DNA from: Candidatus Aenigmatarchaeota archaeon
GTDB taxonomy: Archaea; Aenigmatarchaeota; Aenigmatarchaeia; QMZP01; QMZT01
Length of the DNA: 64,000 bases
NCBI GenBank assembly: GCA_016932735.1
Contig: JAFGCI010000004.1
Span: forward strand, 124,711 to 188,710
Direction: 5' to 3'
In this document: piece after piece, positions 16,983 through 27,139 of the stretch
Position numbering within the stretch: the first letter of the stretch is position 1
Layout of the letters: every line of letters starts with the position of its first letter
Notes under the pieces: model-generated
The model's database searches: none
The model's input: the letters and a program-made list of their open reading frames with translations, nothing else
What the model was told of the DNA's origin: nothing
Position numbers and translations under genes: made by a program

Positions 16983-18647
16983 TTATTTTTTGAAAACAAA
17001 ATCCAAATCAATCTCGAATCCTATTACAGGATTCTCGATTCCCCAATTGTTCAGAACCTGAGGATTTATCTCTCCGAGAGTTCCGACAGATCTTCCATTG
17101 TTTATGATTTCAGCACAGCGTCCTTTTATGAATATCCCGTTTTCGGTTTTTTTGAACTTGTAACCGATTCCTGTCGTCCTCATGAACGCATCCAGAATTG
17201 ATGCAATTTCTTCGTAGGAAACCTCTCTTGCAGTTATTCCGCAGGCGAGACTGAGGTTGTCCCTGTATTTGGTTTCACTTCTTGAATCCGGAATTATGCA
17301 GTTTCCGATTTCGAATATTTTCTGTGGTATTTCATGATGTTTGTTGTTCGAAAAGAATTCTAAAATCCCCGGAAGAAGAGAGTCCCTGAATACTGACCAG
17401 GTCATGCTCACAGGGTTTTCCAGTTCACATATGGGAGAATCTTTTCTCTCCATTTTTTTAAGTAGATTCTCCTTGTTCGTGAGCGTATATGAAAGTATTT
17501 CCTGAAGGCCGAGTCCAACCATCACTTCTGCGACCTTGTTTGTTATACCCTGCGGTTTCAGAAGAGAGCCTTTCGTCTCCATTGAAACGGGAACCGGCTC
17601 TATTTCATTGTAGCCTTTTGAAATCAGAATGTCTTCAATAACATCCCTTTCATGCATTATGTCCTGGCGGTAGGCCGGATACTCGACTTTTACTTCATTT
17701 TTTGTAATTTCTGTAACGTCATATCTTGCCTGTTCAAGAAGATCTTTTATTTCCTTATCGGAAAGGTCAATGCCTGTTATACTCTTTATGTAATCCTTAT
17801 TGGCCGTTTTTGTCTTCGGTTTTAAGTCAGGAGTTTTGATGGTTTCATTTTTGTAAATCACATCAACCGTCTGTATCCTTCCTCCACGATCTGCAAGCGC
17901 GCAGACAAGAACATTGAGCGCGGGTTTCAGGGCATCGAGATTAAATCCACTGCATTCAATGAAGACATCAGTAGTGTTCTCTGTTACCTTTCCGGTGTAA
18001 TTCGAGTTTATCACGGGAGGCATTGAAAGGACGTTTCCTGCATCATCAATGAATATCGGATACTTCTCTTTTCCTTTCAGAAGATGAGCAAAATCCATCC
18101 CTTTAGGATGCTTTTCCAGAATCTCTGAAAGCGTCAATTCCTCATTAAATTCCAGAGGAATGAATTTCAGTTCGTTGGGTTTGTATGCTTTGTAATTGAC
18201 CTTTCCCTTGATTTTATTGTAATCATAAACACCGATTGCAACGTCCTGCCTGTTTCTTCCGTAAGTTCCGGCAACCTTTTCCTGAAGCTGGATTGTCTGG
18301 ATGAGGAGGTCTTCGGTAATGTTCAGATTTCTTACAACAGCGCAGACTGTGAAAGGCCTCACTTTGCTGACGCTTTCATCAACCTTGACGACAAGGCCGG
18401 ATGGTTCTGTCGTATATTTAGGCAGGCCCTTCTTTCCGTATCTTCCGGCAATCTCTCTCGCAATACCCTCCGTGCTCCAGAGGTCCGGACGATTGGTGTC
18501 CTTCTCATCGATTTTCATTTCATCTTCATTGATCTCATCGATTTCTCCCTTAGCGAACATGACTGCCTTGTTCCTCAGTTCTTCCCTGTCTATCCTTTTC
18601 CCTATGAGGTTGCAAAGGTCCCTGTATGAAACATCAAGTGTAGGCAT
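16983..18647 (-). CDS. pheT: Phenylalanyl-tRNA synthetase beta subunit
   Basis: MPTLDV, NRPDLWSTEGIAR, SMPPVINS, YRQDIMHERDVIED, RDSLLPG. Confidence 0.96.
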   Translation of the reverse strand: MPTLDVSYRDLCNLIGKRIDREELRNKAVMFAKGEIDEINEDEMKIDEKDTNRPDLWSTEGIAREIAGRYGKKGLPKYTTEPSGLVVKVDESVSKVRPFTVCAVVRNLNITEDLLIQTIQLQEKVAGTYGRNRQDVAIGVYDYNKIKGKVNYKAYKPNELKFIPLEFNEELTLSEILEKHPKGMDFAHLLKGKEKYPIFIDDAGNVLSMPPVINSNYTGKVTENTTDVFIECSGFNLDALKPALNVLVCALADRGGRIQTVDVIYKNETIKTPDLKPKTKTANKDYIKSITGIDLSDKEIKDLLEQARYDVTEITKNEVKVEYPAYRQDIMHERDVIEDILISKGYNEIEPVPVSMETKGSLLKPQGITNKVAEVMVGLGLQEILSYTLTNKENLLKKMERKDSPICELENPVSMTWSVFRDSLLPGILEFFSNNKHHEIPQKIFEIGNCIIPDSRSETKYRDNLSLACGITAREVSYEEIASILDAFMRTTGIGYKFKKTENGIFIKGRCAEIINNGRSVGTLGEINPQVLNNWGIENPVIGFEIDLDFVFKK

Positions 18648-18648
18648 A

Positions 18649-19902
18649 TCACATCACCGTCTTCTCCCGGAGCCATTTTATATTGTCGCTGAAAAGATAA
18701 CGAATATCCTTTATTCCGAGCTTGTACATAGCAAGCCTGTCGATCCCGAAGCCCCACGCTATTACAGGCTGCTTCACGCCGAGAGGCTCAGTCAGCTCCG
18801 GGCGGAAGACACCCGCTCCTGCAAGCTCGACCCAGCCAAGCTCCGGATGCTTTGCTGATATCTGGACAGAAGGTTCCGTGAACGGATAATAGTCAGGATA
18901 GAACTTTACGTCTTCAGCTTCCGTCACGTCCATTACAAAGTCCTTTAGGACACCAAGAAGATTCCGGAAGGATAAATTCTCATCAATTATGAAGCCGCCG
19001 CACTGGTTGAACTCGACTCCATGAGTCGCATCAATAACATCAGGCCGATAACATCTGACAAGGCTGAAATACTTACCTGGGACTTTGACATTTCCGGAAT
19101 GGCCAGAAAGATATCTAGGGGATATTGCAGTATCGTGGGCTCTTGGCATTATTTTTGAAGCCTTCTTTTCATCCCATTTATAACCCCATCCGGTGGAGCC
19201 CGTATTTCCACCGTTCTCGTGGGCAGATCTAACATTTTTTATAATAGAATCTTTTGGAAGGGTTCCTTTGCCCTCGCCTTTGATGCTGTAAGTCTCGGTC
19301 CAGCTTCGCGAAGGATGGTTCTGGGCCTGGAACAAAGAATCAAAATTCCAGAATTCGAGTTCAATTGTCGGGCCTGTCATCTCAACAAAGCCGAGCTCAA
19401 GAAGCTTGTTCTTTATCTCGTTTATGAATGCTGCATAAGGCTGCCTTTTCCCCGGATATATAGTCTTTCCGGCAGCTTCGACGTTATAAGGCTTCATATT
19501 CACCTCTTTCCAGAGGCCTGTCTTTATCAGTTCAGGAGTCAAAGCAGTAATCGATTTGCCGATAAGTTCACGAGCAGCAGTCAAAGCAGTGGTTTTATCC
19601 TTTTTGATAATATTTCTGTCAAGCAACAATGAAGCTATTTTATCCGGGGGTGTTTTCCCCTCAGAAACGAGTTTTAGGCCTTTCTCTGCATCAGTATCAG
19701 AGACAACACCTTCCCGGACAATAATACCTTTTTCTATCTTCACCCAACCATTCTTCTTCGCCCACATGAGGCCTATGCTAAAATCATCTATCATTTTCTG
19801 GGCATCTTTTATGGGAATTGCATCCTTCACTAATTCGTAAAGCCTCCTTTCAGGAAGGCCTTTCTTGAGGTATTTTTTGCCCTCATCCGTCAGTTGGTAC
19901 AT
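18649..19902 (-). CDS. pheS: Phenylalanyl-tRNA synthetase alpha subunit
   Basis: FWNFDSLFQAQNHPSR, YRPDVIDATH..EFNQ, YYPFTEPS, GAGVFRPE, WGFGIDRL. Confidence 0.96.
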   Translation of the reverse strand: MYQLTDEGKKYLKKGLPERRLYELVKDAIPIKDAQKMIDDFSIGLMWAKKNGWVKIEKGIIVREGVVSDTDAEKGLKLVSEGKTPPDKIASLLLDRNIIKKDKTTALTAARELIGKSITALTPELIKTGLWKEVNMKPYNVEAAGKTIYPGKRQPYAAFINEIKNKLLELGFVEMTGPTIELEFWNFDSLFQAQNHPSRSWTETYSIKGEGKGTLPKDSIIKNVRSAHENGGNTGSTGWGYKWDEKKASKIMPRAHDTAISPRYLSGHSGNVKVPGKYFSLVRCYRPDVIDATHGVEFNQCGGFIIDENLSFRNLLGVLKDFVMDVTEAEDVKFYPDYYPFTEPSVQISAKHPELGWVELAGAGVFRPELTEPLGVKQPVIAWGFGIDRLAMYKLGIKDIRYLFSDNIKWLREKTVM

Positions 19903-19954
19903 AGACAAAAGTTATTGTTTTAAACTTAAATGTATTCGATTTCAAAGTGGATTT

Positions 19955-20656
19955 ATGGAATTAAAAGGAAAAACAGCCCTTATTACGGGAGCTAGCAAAG
20001 GCCTTGGCAAAGAGATTGCATTAAGGTTTGCATCGGAAGGATGTAATCTCATCCTTAATTCCCGCGGTAAAGATTCACTTGAGAGGGTAGCGGAAGAATG
20101 TAAGAGGATGTGTATTTTTTGTGAAACCTTTGCGGGAGATATTACCGAAAACAGAACAATTGATAGTCTGTCTGAAATATCAAAAAGAAAGGGGCTGGAC
20201 ATACTCTTTAACAATGCCGGAATGATAATAATACAGCCTTCAGAAAAGAACACTGACAAAGAAATGAGGGATATCTTCGCCCTGAACGTTCTTGCTCACA
20301 TAAATCTGACACAAAAACTGATTCCGTTACTAAAGGAAAGAGGAGAAGCACAGATAGTGAACATAATTTCAAACTCCGGCCTTGAAGGAAGGCCTAACAT
20401 GTCTTTATACTGTTCAACCAAATTTGCTTTAAGAGGATACACAGATAGCCTGAGAAAAGAAGTCAACAAACACGGAATAAAAGTCTTGGGGGTCTATCCG
20501 GGAGGTATAAGAACCAATCTTTTCGATGAAATAAAGGATTATAATATGTCAGGATTCATGGACCCAAAAGAAGTTGCTCAGATAATCGTCGATGCATGCA
20601 AATTAAGCAAGGGAGCATCAGTAGATGACATAGTAGTTAATCGCACAAATAAGTGA
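19955..20656 (+). CDS. Short-chain dehydrogenase/reductase
   Basis: TGASKGLG, NNAG, YCSTK; ATG 19955 chosen to avoid overlap with pheS. Confidence 0.92.
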   Translation: MELKGKTALITGASKGLGKEIALRFASEGCNLILNSRGKDSLERVAEECKRMCIFCETFAGDITENRTIDSLSEISKRKGLDILFNNAGMIIIQPSEKNTDKEMRDIFALNVLAHINLTQKLIPLLKERGEAQIVNIISNSGLEGRPNMSLYCSTKFALRGYTDSLRKEVNKHGIKVLGVYPGGIRTNLFDEIKDYNMSGFMDPKEVAQIIVDACKLSKGASVDDIVVNRTNK

Positions 20657-20732
20657 ATTAGAAACTTCAGAAAGGGGTCCTTGGATAATTTGTGGGAACT
20701 AAGATTTTTATATGTTCCACCAATTATATGGC

Positions 20733-22361
20733 ATGAGACAAATTTGCAAATACATCTTCGTTGTAGGGGGAGTAATGTCCTCTGTCGGCAAGGGCGTTGC
20801 CGCTGCTTCTATAGGAAAGATTCTGCAATCAAAAGGATATCGGGTCGCAAACATAAAGGCGGACATGTACGTGAATATTGATGCAGGAACAATAAGACCT
20901 GCGGAGCATGGTGAAGTCTTTGTCGGCGAAGACGGCATTGAAGCAGACCAGGATCTGGGAAATTATGAAAGGTTCACAGACCAGATATGCATTGCTGACA
21001 ATTACATAACTACGGGCCAGGTCTATCAGGAAATCATAAAAAGGGAGAGAAACCTTGAATTCGACGGCGAGGACGTTGAGGTCGTCCCAGACATCCCGAA
21101 GGAAATTATAAGGAGGATAAAATCATGCCAGAAGAAGAACAATTCAGAAATTACAATTATTGAATTCGGCGGCACTGTCGGCGAATACCAAGTCCTTTTG
21201 TTCCTTGAGGCTGCAAGGATGCTGAAGCTTCAGCAGCCGAACGACGTTTTCTTCATACTGGTCAGCTACCTTCCGACACCGAAGCTTCTTGGCGAGCAGA
21301 AATCGAAGCCGACGCAATATGCAATCAGGACTTTGAACTCTGCTGGGATAAATCCCGATTTCATCCTTTGCCGTGCAGACAAACCGGTGGCGGCCGATAT
21401 AAAAAGGACGATAAGCATAGTCTGCAGCCTGCCACAGGAAAGGATAATATCCGCTCCTGATGTGTATTCTATTTATGATATACCCGTGAATTTTGAGAAG
21501 GAGAATCTAGGGGAAATAATGCTGAAAGCCATGAACATGGAGCCGAGAACCAAAGATATGAAGGATTGGACAGCATTCTCGGAGAAAATCAAGAAACTTA
21601 AGAAGGAAGTGAGAATAGGCATAGTGGGCAAATATTTCAATTTCAAGTCTTGCAAGGACACATATATTTCCGTCATAGAATCAATAAACCACGCTTCATG
21701 GAATTTTGATGTGAGACCCAGCATATTGTGGCTTGATTCCGAGAAGTACGAGGAAGATAAGAACACTCTCAATGAACTTGACGGCGTTGACGGCATAATA
21801 ATCCCCGGAGGATTCGGAAGGCGTGGCACGGAAGGAATGATACTCGCGGCGGAATATGCAAGAAAAAATAAAATACCCTATCTGGGTCTATGCCTCGGGA
21901 TGCAGATTATGTCGATAGAATTTGCGAGAAATGCATGCGGTTTGAAAGGAGCCAATTCAGAAGAACTCGATCCTGAAACGCCATATCCGGTCATACACAT
22001 TATGGAAGAGCAAAGGAAGCACATGAAAGAATCCAATTATGGGGCGACGATGAGGCTCGGGGCATACGATTGCAATATAAAGGAAGGCACACAATCTTCA
22101 GCGGCCTATGGAAAAAACAAAATCTCCGAGAGGCACAGGCATAGATACGAATTCAATAACAAGTACAGGAAGGAGATGGAATCCAAAGGATTCGTGCTTG
22201 CGGGCATAAACCCCCAGAAGAATCTTGTTGAAATAGCGGAAATAAAAGACCATCCATTCATGATAGGGGTCCAGTTCCACCCTGAGTTCAAGTCGAGACC
22301 GCTCAAGCCCCATCCACTTTTCAGAGGATTTATTGAGGCGGCGGCGAAAAACAAACAGTAA
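20733..22361 (+). CDS. pyrG: CTP synthase
   Basis: GGVMSSVGKG, EHGEVFV, KSKPTQ, GLCLGMQ, ERHRHRYE, QFHPEF; alternative start at 20712. Confidence 0.97.
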   Translation: MRQICKYIFVVGGVMSSVGKGVAAASIGKILQSKGYRVANIKADMYVNIDAGTIRPAEHGEVFVGEDGIEADQDLGNYERFTDQICIADNYITTGQVYQEIIKRERNLEFDGEDVEVVPDIPKEIIRRIKSCQKKNNSEITIIEFGGTVGEYQVLLFLEAARMLKLQQPNDVFFILVSYLPTPKLLGEQKSKPTQYAIRTLNSAGINPDFILCRADKPVAADIKRTISIVCSLPQERIISAPDVYSIYDIPVNFEKENLGEIMLKAMNMEPRTKDMKDWTAFSEKIKKLKKEVRIGIVGKYFNFKSCKDTYISVIESINHASWNFDVRPSILWLDSEKYEEDKNTLNELDGVDGIIIPGGFGRRGTEGMILAAEYARKNKIPYLGLCLGMQIMSIEFARNACGLKGANSEELDPETPYPVIHIMEEQRKHMKESNYGATMRLGAYDCNIKEGTQSSAAYGKNKISERHRHRYEFNNKYRKEMESKGFVLAGINPQKNLVEIAEIKDHPFMIGVQFHPEFKSRPLKPHPLFRGFIEAAAKNKQ

Positions 22362-22392
22362 AACCTTTTATTCCCAATTACAATTCTTCTTC

Positions 22393-22920
22393 ATGGCAGA
22401 TAATATTGTCCTTATAATGGGGGGTTTAATAGCCATTCTCGTTATTTTCGTTATTATTTCAAATTTAATTGAAGGCGTTTCCGGGAACACGATGGTGGAA
22501 ATCAAAACACTGGAATATATGAAGACCTTAGACCCTATTCTGTGGGCCTCCGAGGAAGAGTGGGAAATATTTTATTGCAATCTGTGCGAATACGGGAAAG
22601 CGGGCAACATTAACGTGGGAAACGTAACCTGTCCCGATTATCCTAACAGTAAATGCGGATGTGAAATAAGCATGAAACTGAAATTCGAAGCCGTTATAAA
22701 AAACATGCCTCAAAATGCCAACTGCAGCGTTAAAGTCAACGGCATTGATGTGCAGACAATAAGCGGTATCAATGAAGGAAAAAACGAATTCGACATCCTT
22801 CTGGGGCTTTCCAGCGGAGCCCGGATAGACGCTGTAAATGAAATAGAGGTCTGCTGCAACTCCGTCTGTGCTTCTAAAACTCTTGGGATGATATGCAATT
22901 TCAATAATAATCTATATTGA
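22393..22920 (+). CDS. Membrane-anchored Cys-rich hypothetical protein
   Basis: N-terminal TM followed by a domain with about 10 Cys. Confidence 0.6.
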   Translation: MADNIVLIMGGLIAILVIFVIISNLIEGVSGNTMVEIKTLEYMKTLDPILWASEEEWEIFYCNLCEYGKAGNINVGNVTCPDYPNSKCGCEISMKLKFEAVIKNMPQNANCSVKVNGIDVQTISGINEGKNEFDILLGLSSGARIDAVNEIEVCCNSVCASKTLGMICNFNNNLY

Positions 22921-23557
22921 GGACTTCGTAAATCTTTTTGGCCCTTTCCTTGCCGATGCCTTCAACCTTCATGATTTCCGAAAGGTCCGCATTGAGAAGC
23001 TTTAGCGGAGAGCCGAATTTTTCCAGCAGATTCCTGCTCAGGACCGAATTGATGTCAGGGAGACCGGAAACGAAATATTCCTGCAATTCTTTTGTTGAAC
23101 GGACCTTTTTTGATATTCTTATCGAAGGGGTTCTGTTTTCCTGAATCTGTTCCCGCTTTGCGATTGAAAACAGCTGGGCAGCCGTTTCCTCCAGACCATG
23201 CGTCCAAAGTATGGGTATTTTATAATCAATTATAACTGAAGAAAGGGCACCTCTTACAGCATTTGGATGGACATTTCTCTCTGAAAACAAGCATTCGGGA
23301 TTTCCTTCAATAAGCAATACAGGCATTTCAAAAGAATCTTTGAGCCTTTTGAGCTGTTCGAAAAGGCGGCCGTCCGTTATAGATGAAAGAAAATCCACAA
23401 CGGTCTTTCTTTCAGCGCATACACGGTCCGAACATATATAATCGCCGGAATCGAGTTGCTTAAATTCTGTTTCCACACCCAGCGATTTGAGAACTGACAG
23501 GATGCCCGAAGGCATTTCCCTGTTATCTGCTATTATTCTCACTTTTTGTTCCTGCAT
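22901..23557 (-). CDS. xpf: Stand-alone XPF/ERCC4 structure-specific endonuclease with HhH domain
   Basis: IADNRE, GDY, ERKT..DF..SI.DGRL..Q, C-terminal GLPDIN and VEGIGKERA HhH; start chosen from TATA spacing (alternatives 23572 and 23590). Confidence 0.9.
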   Translation of the reverse strand: MQEQKVRIIADNREMPSGILSVLKSLGVETEFKQLDSGDYICSDRVCAERKTVVDFLSSITDGRLFEQLKRLKDSFEMPVLLIEGNPECLFSERNVHPNAVRGALSSVIIDYKIPILWTHGLEETAAQLFSIAKREQIQENRTPSIRISKKVRSTKELQEYFVSGLPDINSVLSRNLLEKFGSPLKLLNADLSEIMKVEGIGKERAKKIYEVLNIDYY

Positions 23558-23590
23558 ATCTATTAATTTCATTTTTGCTTTAATAGTCAT

Positions 23591-24160
23591 ATGGATATAT
23601 CTTGGCAGGAGCTTGAAAGAGAAATGAGAAGATGCAGGAAATGTGATTTGCGGAAAAGCAGGACAAATTATGTTATCGGCGACGGTGACACTCACGCTAA
23701 AATATTGTTTGTCGGAGAAGCCCCCGGAAAAAACGAGGATATACAGGGTAAGCCTTTTGTGGGAAGAAGCGGAAAGTTCCTTGACGAGCTTCTGCTATCG
23801 GTAGGGCTGTCAAGAAAAGATGTATACATAACAAACATTATTAAATGTCGTCCTCCGAGTAACAGGGACCCGAAACCCGAAGAAAAGCAGAAATGCTCTG
23901 CTTTTCTTCTGAAACAGCTGGAAATCATAAAACCGAAGCTAATAGTTTCTCTGGGAAGGCATTCAATGGAATATTTTTTCGGACTTTTTGGCATGAGAAG
24001 CCAAAAGATAGGCGATTGCCACGGTAAAATATTTAAAATAGATTGTCCCGTATTCACAGGAAATTTCATGGTGCTCTATCATCCAGCCGTCGCTATTTAT
24101 AACAGTAACAGGAAGGCAGAGCTCCTGAAGGATTTTTCCAGGCTGAAAGAGTTCAAATAG
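23591..24160 (+). CDS. udg: Uracil-DNA glycosylase, family 4 (Fe-S)
   Basis: CRKC, GEAPG, PFVG, KCRPP.NR.P...E...C, YHPA. Confidence 0.95.
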   Translation: MDISWQELEREMRRCRKCDLRKSRTNYVIGDGDTHAKILFVGEAPGKNEDIQGKPFVGRSGKFLDELLLSVGLSRKDVYITNIIKCRPPSNRDPKPEEKQKCSAFLLKQLEIIKPKLIVSLGRHSMEYFFGLFGMRSQKIGDCHGKIFKIDCPVFTGNFMVLYHPAVAIYNSNRKAELLKDFSRLKEFK

Positions 24161-24181
24161 TTGAAAATATAATTTATTATA

Positions 24182-24433
24182 ATGTTCGATGTTTTTTGGT
24201 TTGCGGGAATAATAGGCCTTGTTCTGATAATATCAGGCCTTTTTGCAAAAACAAGGAAGCAGCAGTCCTTAATTTATGTTTTCGGGGGAATTTTTCTGGA
24301 AATATACAGCATTTATATAGGAGACTCGATATTCATAGCGCTTCAGGGAGTATTTACTATAGTAGCCTTATATGAATTCTACCAATATTCCAGAAAGAAG
24401 GAAAGCTGGTTTAGGAAATTTCATCTCAGTTGA
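24182..24433 (+). CDS. Small 3-TM membrane protein (PQ-loop/SemiSWEET-like fold possible)
   Basis: 83 aa, GIIG...IYSIYIGD.IFI.LQ pattern. Confidence 0.6.
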   Translation: MFDVFWFAGIIGLVLIISGLFAKTRKQQSLIYVFGGIFLEIYSIYIGDSIFIALQGVFTIVALYEFYQYSRKKESWFRKFHLS

Positions 24434-24470
24434 TATCAGATTTTTATACTGAACCGGATAATTATATACT

Positions 24471-25070
24471 ATGAAAAGAAAAGACAGGAAGGGAGCTTTC
24501 CAGTTAAGTCTTGGTTTTATAATCGGGCTGATTTTTGCGGTGATACTGCTTACCTTGTCAATATCATGGATACAAGGCACATTTGTCAGTATGGAAGGGC
24601 TTACAACAGATCTGACGGGAAACGCGAAGGATACTCTTTCAAAGACTTTTGAACAGACGAAAACCAATTTTGACGTGTCCCCAAGCTATTTTGAACTTGC
24701 TCCAGGAGACGGTCTTAAATTCTCTGCAGGAGTAAAAAACGATCATAAAGACGGCAACACACATACCTTTGTCATAAGAGCCTTCCCCGGAACTGCCGAA
24801 TCGATAATAGTTGATGGGTGGAGCTGTGATGACTTTGAAACATGCACAGACCTTCAGGAAGAGATGGCATCATGGATTACATACATAAAAGCAGCTGATA
24901 ATGTCCCCGGCAACGAGAAAATGATGAGGGATATCACAATAAAATTCCCAAACAACGTCAGGAAAGGCGATTACATGTTCAGGGTAATAGCATGCATTGA
25001 CAAGTCGCATACTGAATGTGAAGCCGGTAACTGGGGCTCGGCCAAGACAATAACATTAAGAGTTAAGTAA
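24471..25070 (+). CDS. Pilin-like protein (class III signal peptide)
   Basis: RKDRKG|AFQLSLGFIIGLIFAVILL followed by an Ig-like domain with Cys pairs. Confidence 0.7.
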   Translation: MKRKDRKGAFQLSLGFIIGLIFAVILLTLSISWIQGTFVSMEGLTTDLTGNAKDTLSKTFEQTKTNFDVSPSYFELAPGDGLKFSAGVKNDHKDGNTHTFVIRAFPGTAESIIVDGWSCDDFETCTDLQEEMASWITYIKAADNVPGNEKMMRDITIKFPNNVRKGDYMFRVIACIDKSHTECEAGNWGSAKTITLRVK

Positions 25071-25129
25071 CTCTTACTTTTTTTATTCTTTTTATTTGAC
25101 TGACCACCTAATTAATAATAGGTGTGATT

Positions 25130-25591
25130 ATGAATGTAAATTTGATTTTCGCCATTATTTTCGCCATAATAGTGATGATTGTTGTAATCTTTTTCGCTGC
25201 CGGCCAATTCAGCGATTTGTTTGAAATCCAGAATCAGGCTACATTCTATAATCAGGTCACAGAATTCGACAAGACCGTTAACAGAGTAGCTGATATGTCT
25301 ATGGGAAGCACACAGCAATTTGAGTTCAATATGCCCTCTCAGATAAGTAAGGTGTGTTTTATTGACAGGAACAACCCGGAATCCAACCCGCCGGGGAACT
25401 GGGAAACCACTAATATAATAGAGGCGATGATAACAGATAACGATTATAACCTTTTCATCTATGATGAAAAGAAGGGTATACCTGAAGGAAAGAAAATAAA
25501 TTATCTTATACCAAGAGAGAATTTCTGCATAAGCAGTTCGAAGACCCTTTGGATTGAAAATAAAGGCAGGTATGTAACGATAACAGAATAG
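25130..25591 (+). CDS. Pilin-like / N-terminally anchored protein
   Basis: N-terminal hydrophobic helix, then GS....F.MP..I.KVCF; SD AGGTG. Confidence 0.6.
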   Translation: MNVNLIFAIIFAIIVMIVVIFFAAGQFSDLFEIQNQATFYNQVTEFDKTVNRVADMSMGSTQQFEFNMPSQISKVCFIDRNNPESNPPGNWETTNIIEAMITDNDYNLFIYDEKKGIPEGKKINYLIPRENFCISSSKTLWIENKGRYVTITE

Positions 25592-25604
25592 AAACGGTGT
25601 TAAT

Positions 25605-26657
25605 ATGGATGCCTTTGGAGTATTCAAAATCGTTCTAGGATTGGTAATTTCAGCTTTTATCCTTATAGCGGTCCTGAATTTTGCAGGGTCTTATATGGAT
25701 ATAAACGCCTCAAAAAAACAGGTTTCAGATTTAAAGGCTTTTGAAAGGAGCGTTGGAGATGCATATGTTAATGGCATTCCTTCAAACTACTCCTTCGACA
25801 ATGAAGCCTTTTCGGCCATGAAAATTTATAATCCCCCGCTTCTTGTAACAGAATTCACAAACATAGACTTTGGTTTTGTACCCTTTTTCTTCAAAAGCGG
25901 GAGGGCAGTTTCAATCAGCAGAATGACCGAAGACACCGGTTGGTGGAGATTCGATTATATAGTATCGTTGCCCAAAACCAGGATTGTCTTTATACCGGTC
26001 AAAGACTCCTCAGATGTAGAAGAGACAGTTAAATTGATCTCTTCAGCATTACCGGATACAGAGAACGTGGAACCTAACATACTGTTCGGTTTCGGATGTG
26101 AAGACGTTTCTTATTTTATTCTGGAAAAATGGACGAGGGACAAGTTCATCAAGGATATAATACCTTATATGAAGACAATGGTAGATTTTGAAGACAACTG
26201 TATAGGGAGCACGGGGGCAGATGAAACAATAATATACATTTCTGATGAAATGACAGAATTCGAAAAAGGAATTCTAGTAGTCACTTCAGGTCCTTATTGG
26301 GGCCATATATACACGAATACATCAGGAGTTCTCAGAAATTATACATACAAAGACGGGATGGATATAATGGCCTTTTCGCTGGGCGGACCGGATTTCTACA
26401 TTTATAAGAATGATATATACCTGAAACAGCTCAGGGCGGCGGCAAAACTCAAAATGGATGAAACCGGATTGCTGGGAGCCAGAGCAACAAAACACGATTG
26501 CACTGCTCTATATTCAGTATTTTCAGGAATTCTGCAGCAGATATACGATTCTTCAGGTTCCGAATATAACGATGATATTAACGCTATAATGCTGGCCGAA
26601 AATCTCAGGCGGTCTATAGATTTCTATAAGATTCTGGAGGAATCGGGATGCGCATAG
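25605..26657 (+). CDS. N-terminally anchored hypothetical protein in the pilin cluster
   Basis: N-terminal TM; tightly packed with its neighbours. Confidence 0.6.
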   Translation: MDAFGVFKIVLGLVISAFILIAVLNFAGSYMDINASKKQVSDLKAFERSVGDAYVNGIPSNYSFDNEAFSAMKIYNPPLLVTEFTNIDFGFVPFFFKSGRAVSISRMTEDTGWWRFDYIVSLPKTRIVFIPVKDSSDVEETVKLISSALPDTENVEPNILFGFGCEDVSYFILEKWTRDKFIKDIIPYMKTMVDFEDNCIGSTGADETIIYISDEMTEFEKGILVVTSGPYWGHIYTNTSGVLRNYTYKDGMDIMAFSLGGPDFYIYKNDIYLKQLRAAAKLKMDETGLLGARATKHDCTALYSVFSGILQQIYDSSGSEYNDDINAIMLAENLRRSIDFYKILEESGCA

Positions 26658-27139
26658 GACAGGCCCATATGATGGAGTATATACTTCTGACCGTGTTCAT
26701 AATAATACTAATGGTAGCTTTCATGATAATGATGACGGTTTTTCAGATAGGAGGAGTCCGCTCAGAGGGAGCTGAACATGTATACAGGCAATCGATAACC
26801 ACAACGAGGTTCATTGTCAACAGCCCATATTTCAATAATCCGAGATTCTCCGACGGGTCGGTTTTTGACGATTCCAAACTATCGGTTGCTGATTGTGAAG
26901 AACTGAGAGAAGTGATAGGTGAAGGCTGGTTTGCTTTTGTCGTTATACCGGGAGCCCTTCAAGAGACACTCTGTGATGAATTCAATTACCCAGAGTGCAA
27001 CAAGTGGATAATATGCGATAAGGCAGATGTTAGGAAAGAAACATGCGTTCATGAAGTTCCTGTGAATATTTACAGGAAGATGGACGATACGATTGATATC
27101 GGAATATTAACGGTGGGTTTGTATGGCAAATGCACATAA
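26648..27139 (+). CDS. Pilin-like protein
   Basis: MRIG|QAHMMEYILLTVFII; Cys-rich C-terminus with PVNIY...IGIL. Confidence 0.65.
   Translation: MRIGQAHMMEYILLTVFIIILMVAFMIMMTVFQIGGVRSEGAEHVYRQSITTTRFIVNSPYFNNPRFSDGSVFDDSKLSVADCEELREVIGEGWFAFVVIPGALQETLCDEFNYPECNKWIICDKADVRKETCVHEVPVNIYRKMDDTIDIGILTVGLYGKCT

Noticed and set aside
23558-23695. N-terminal extension of XPF given by the ORF track
   Set aside because: Would overlap udg on the opposite strand; homology begins near MQEQKVRIIADNRE
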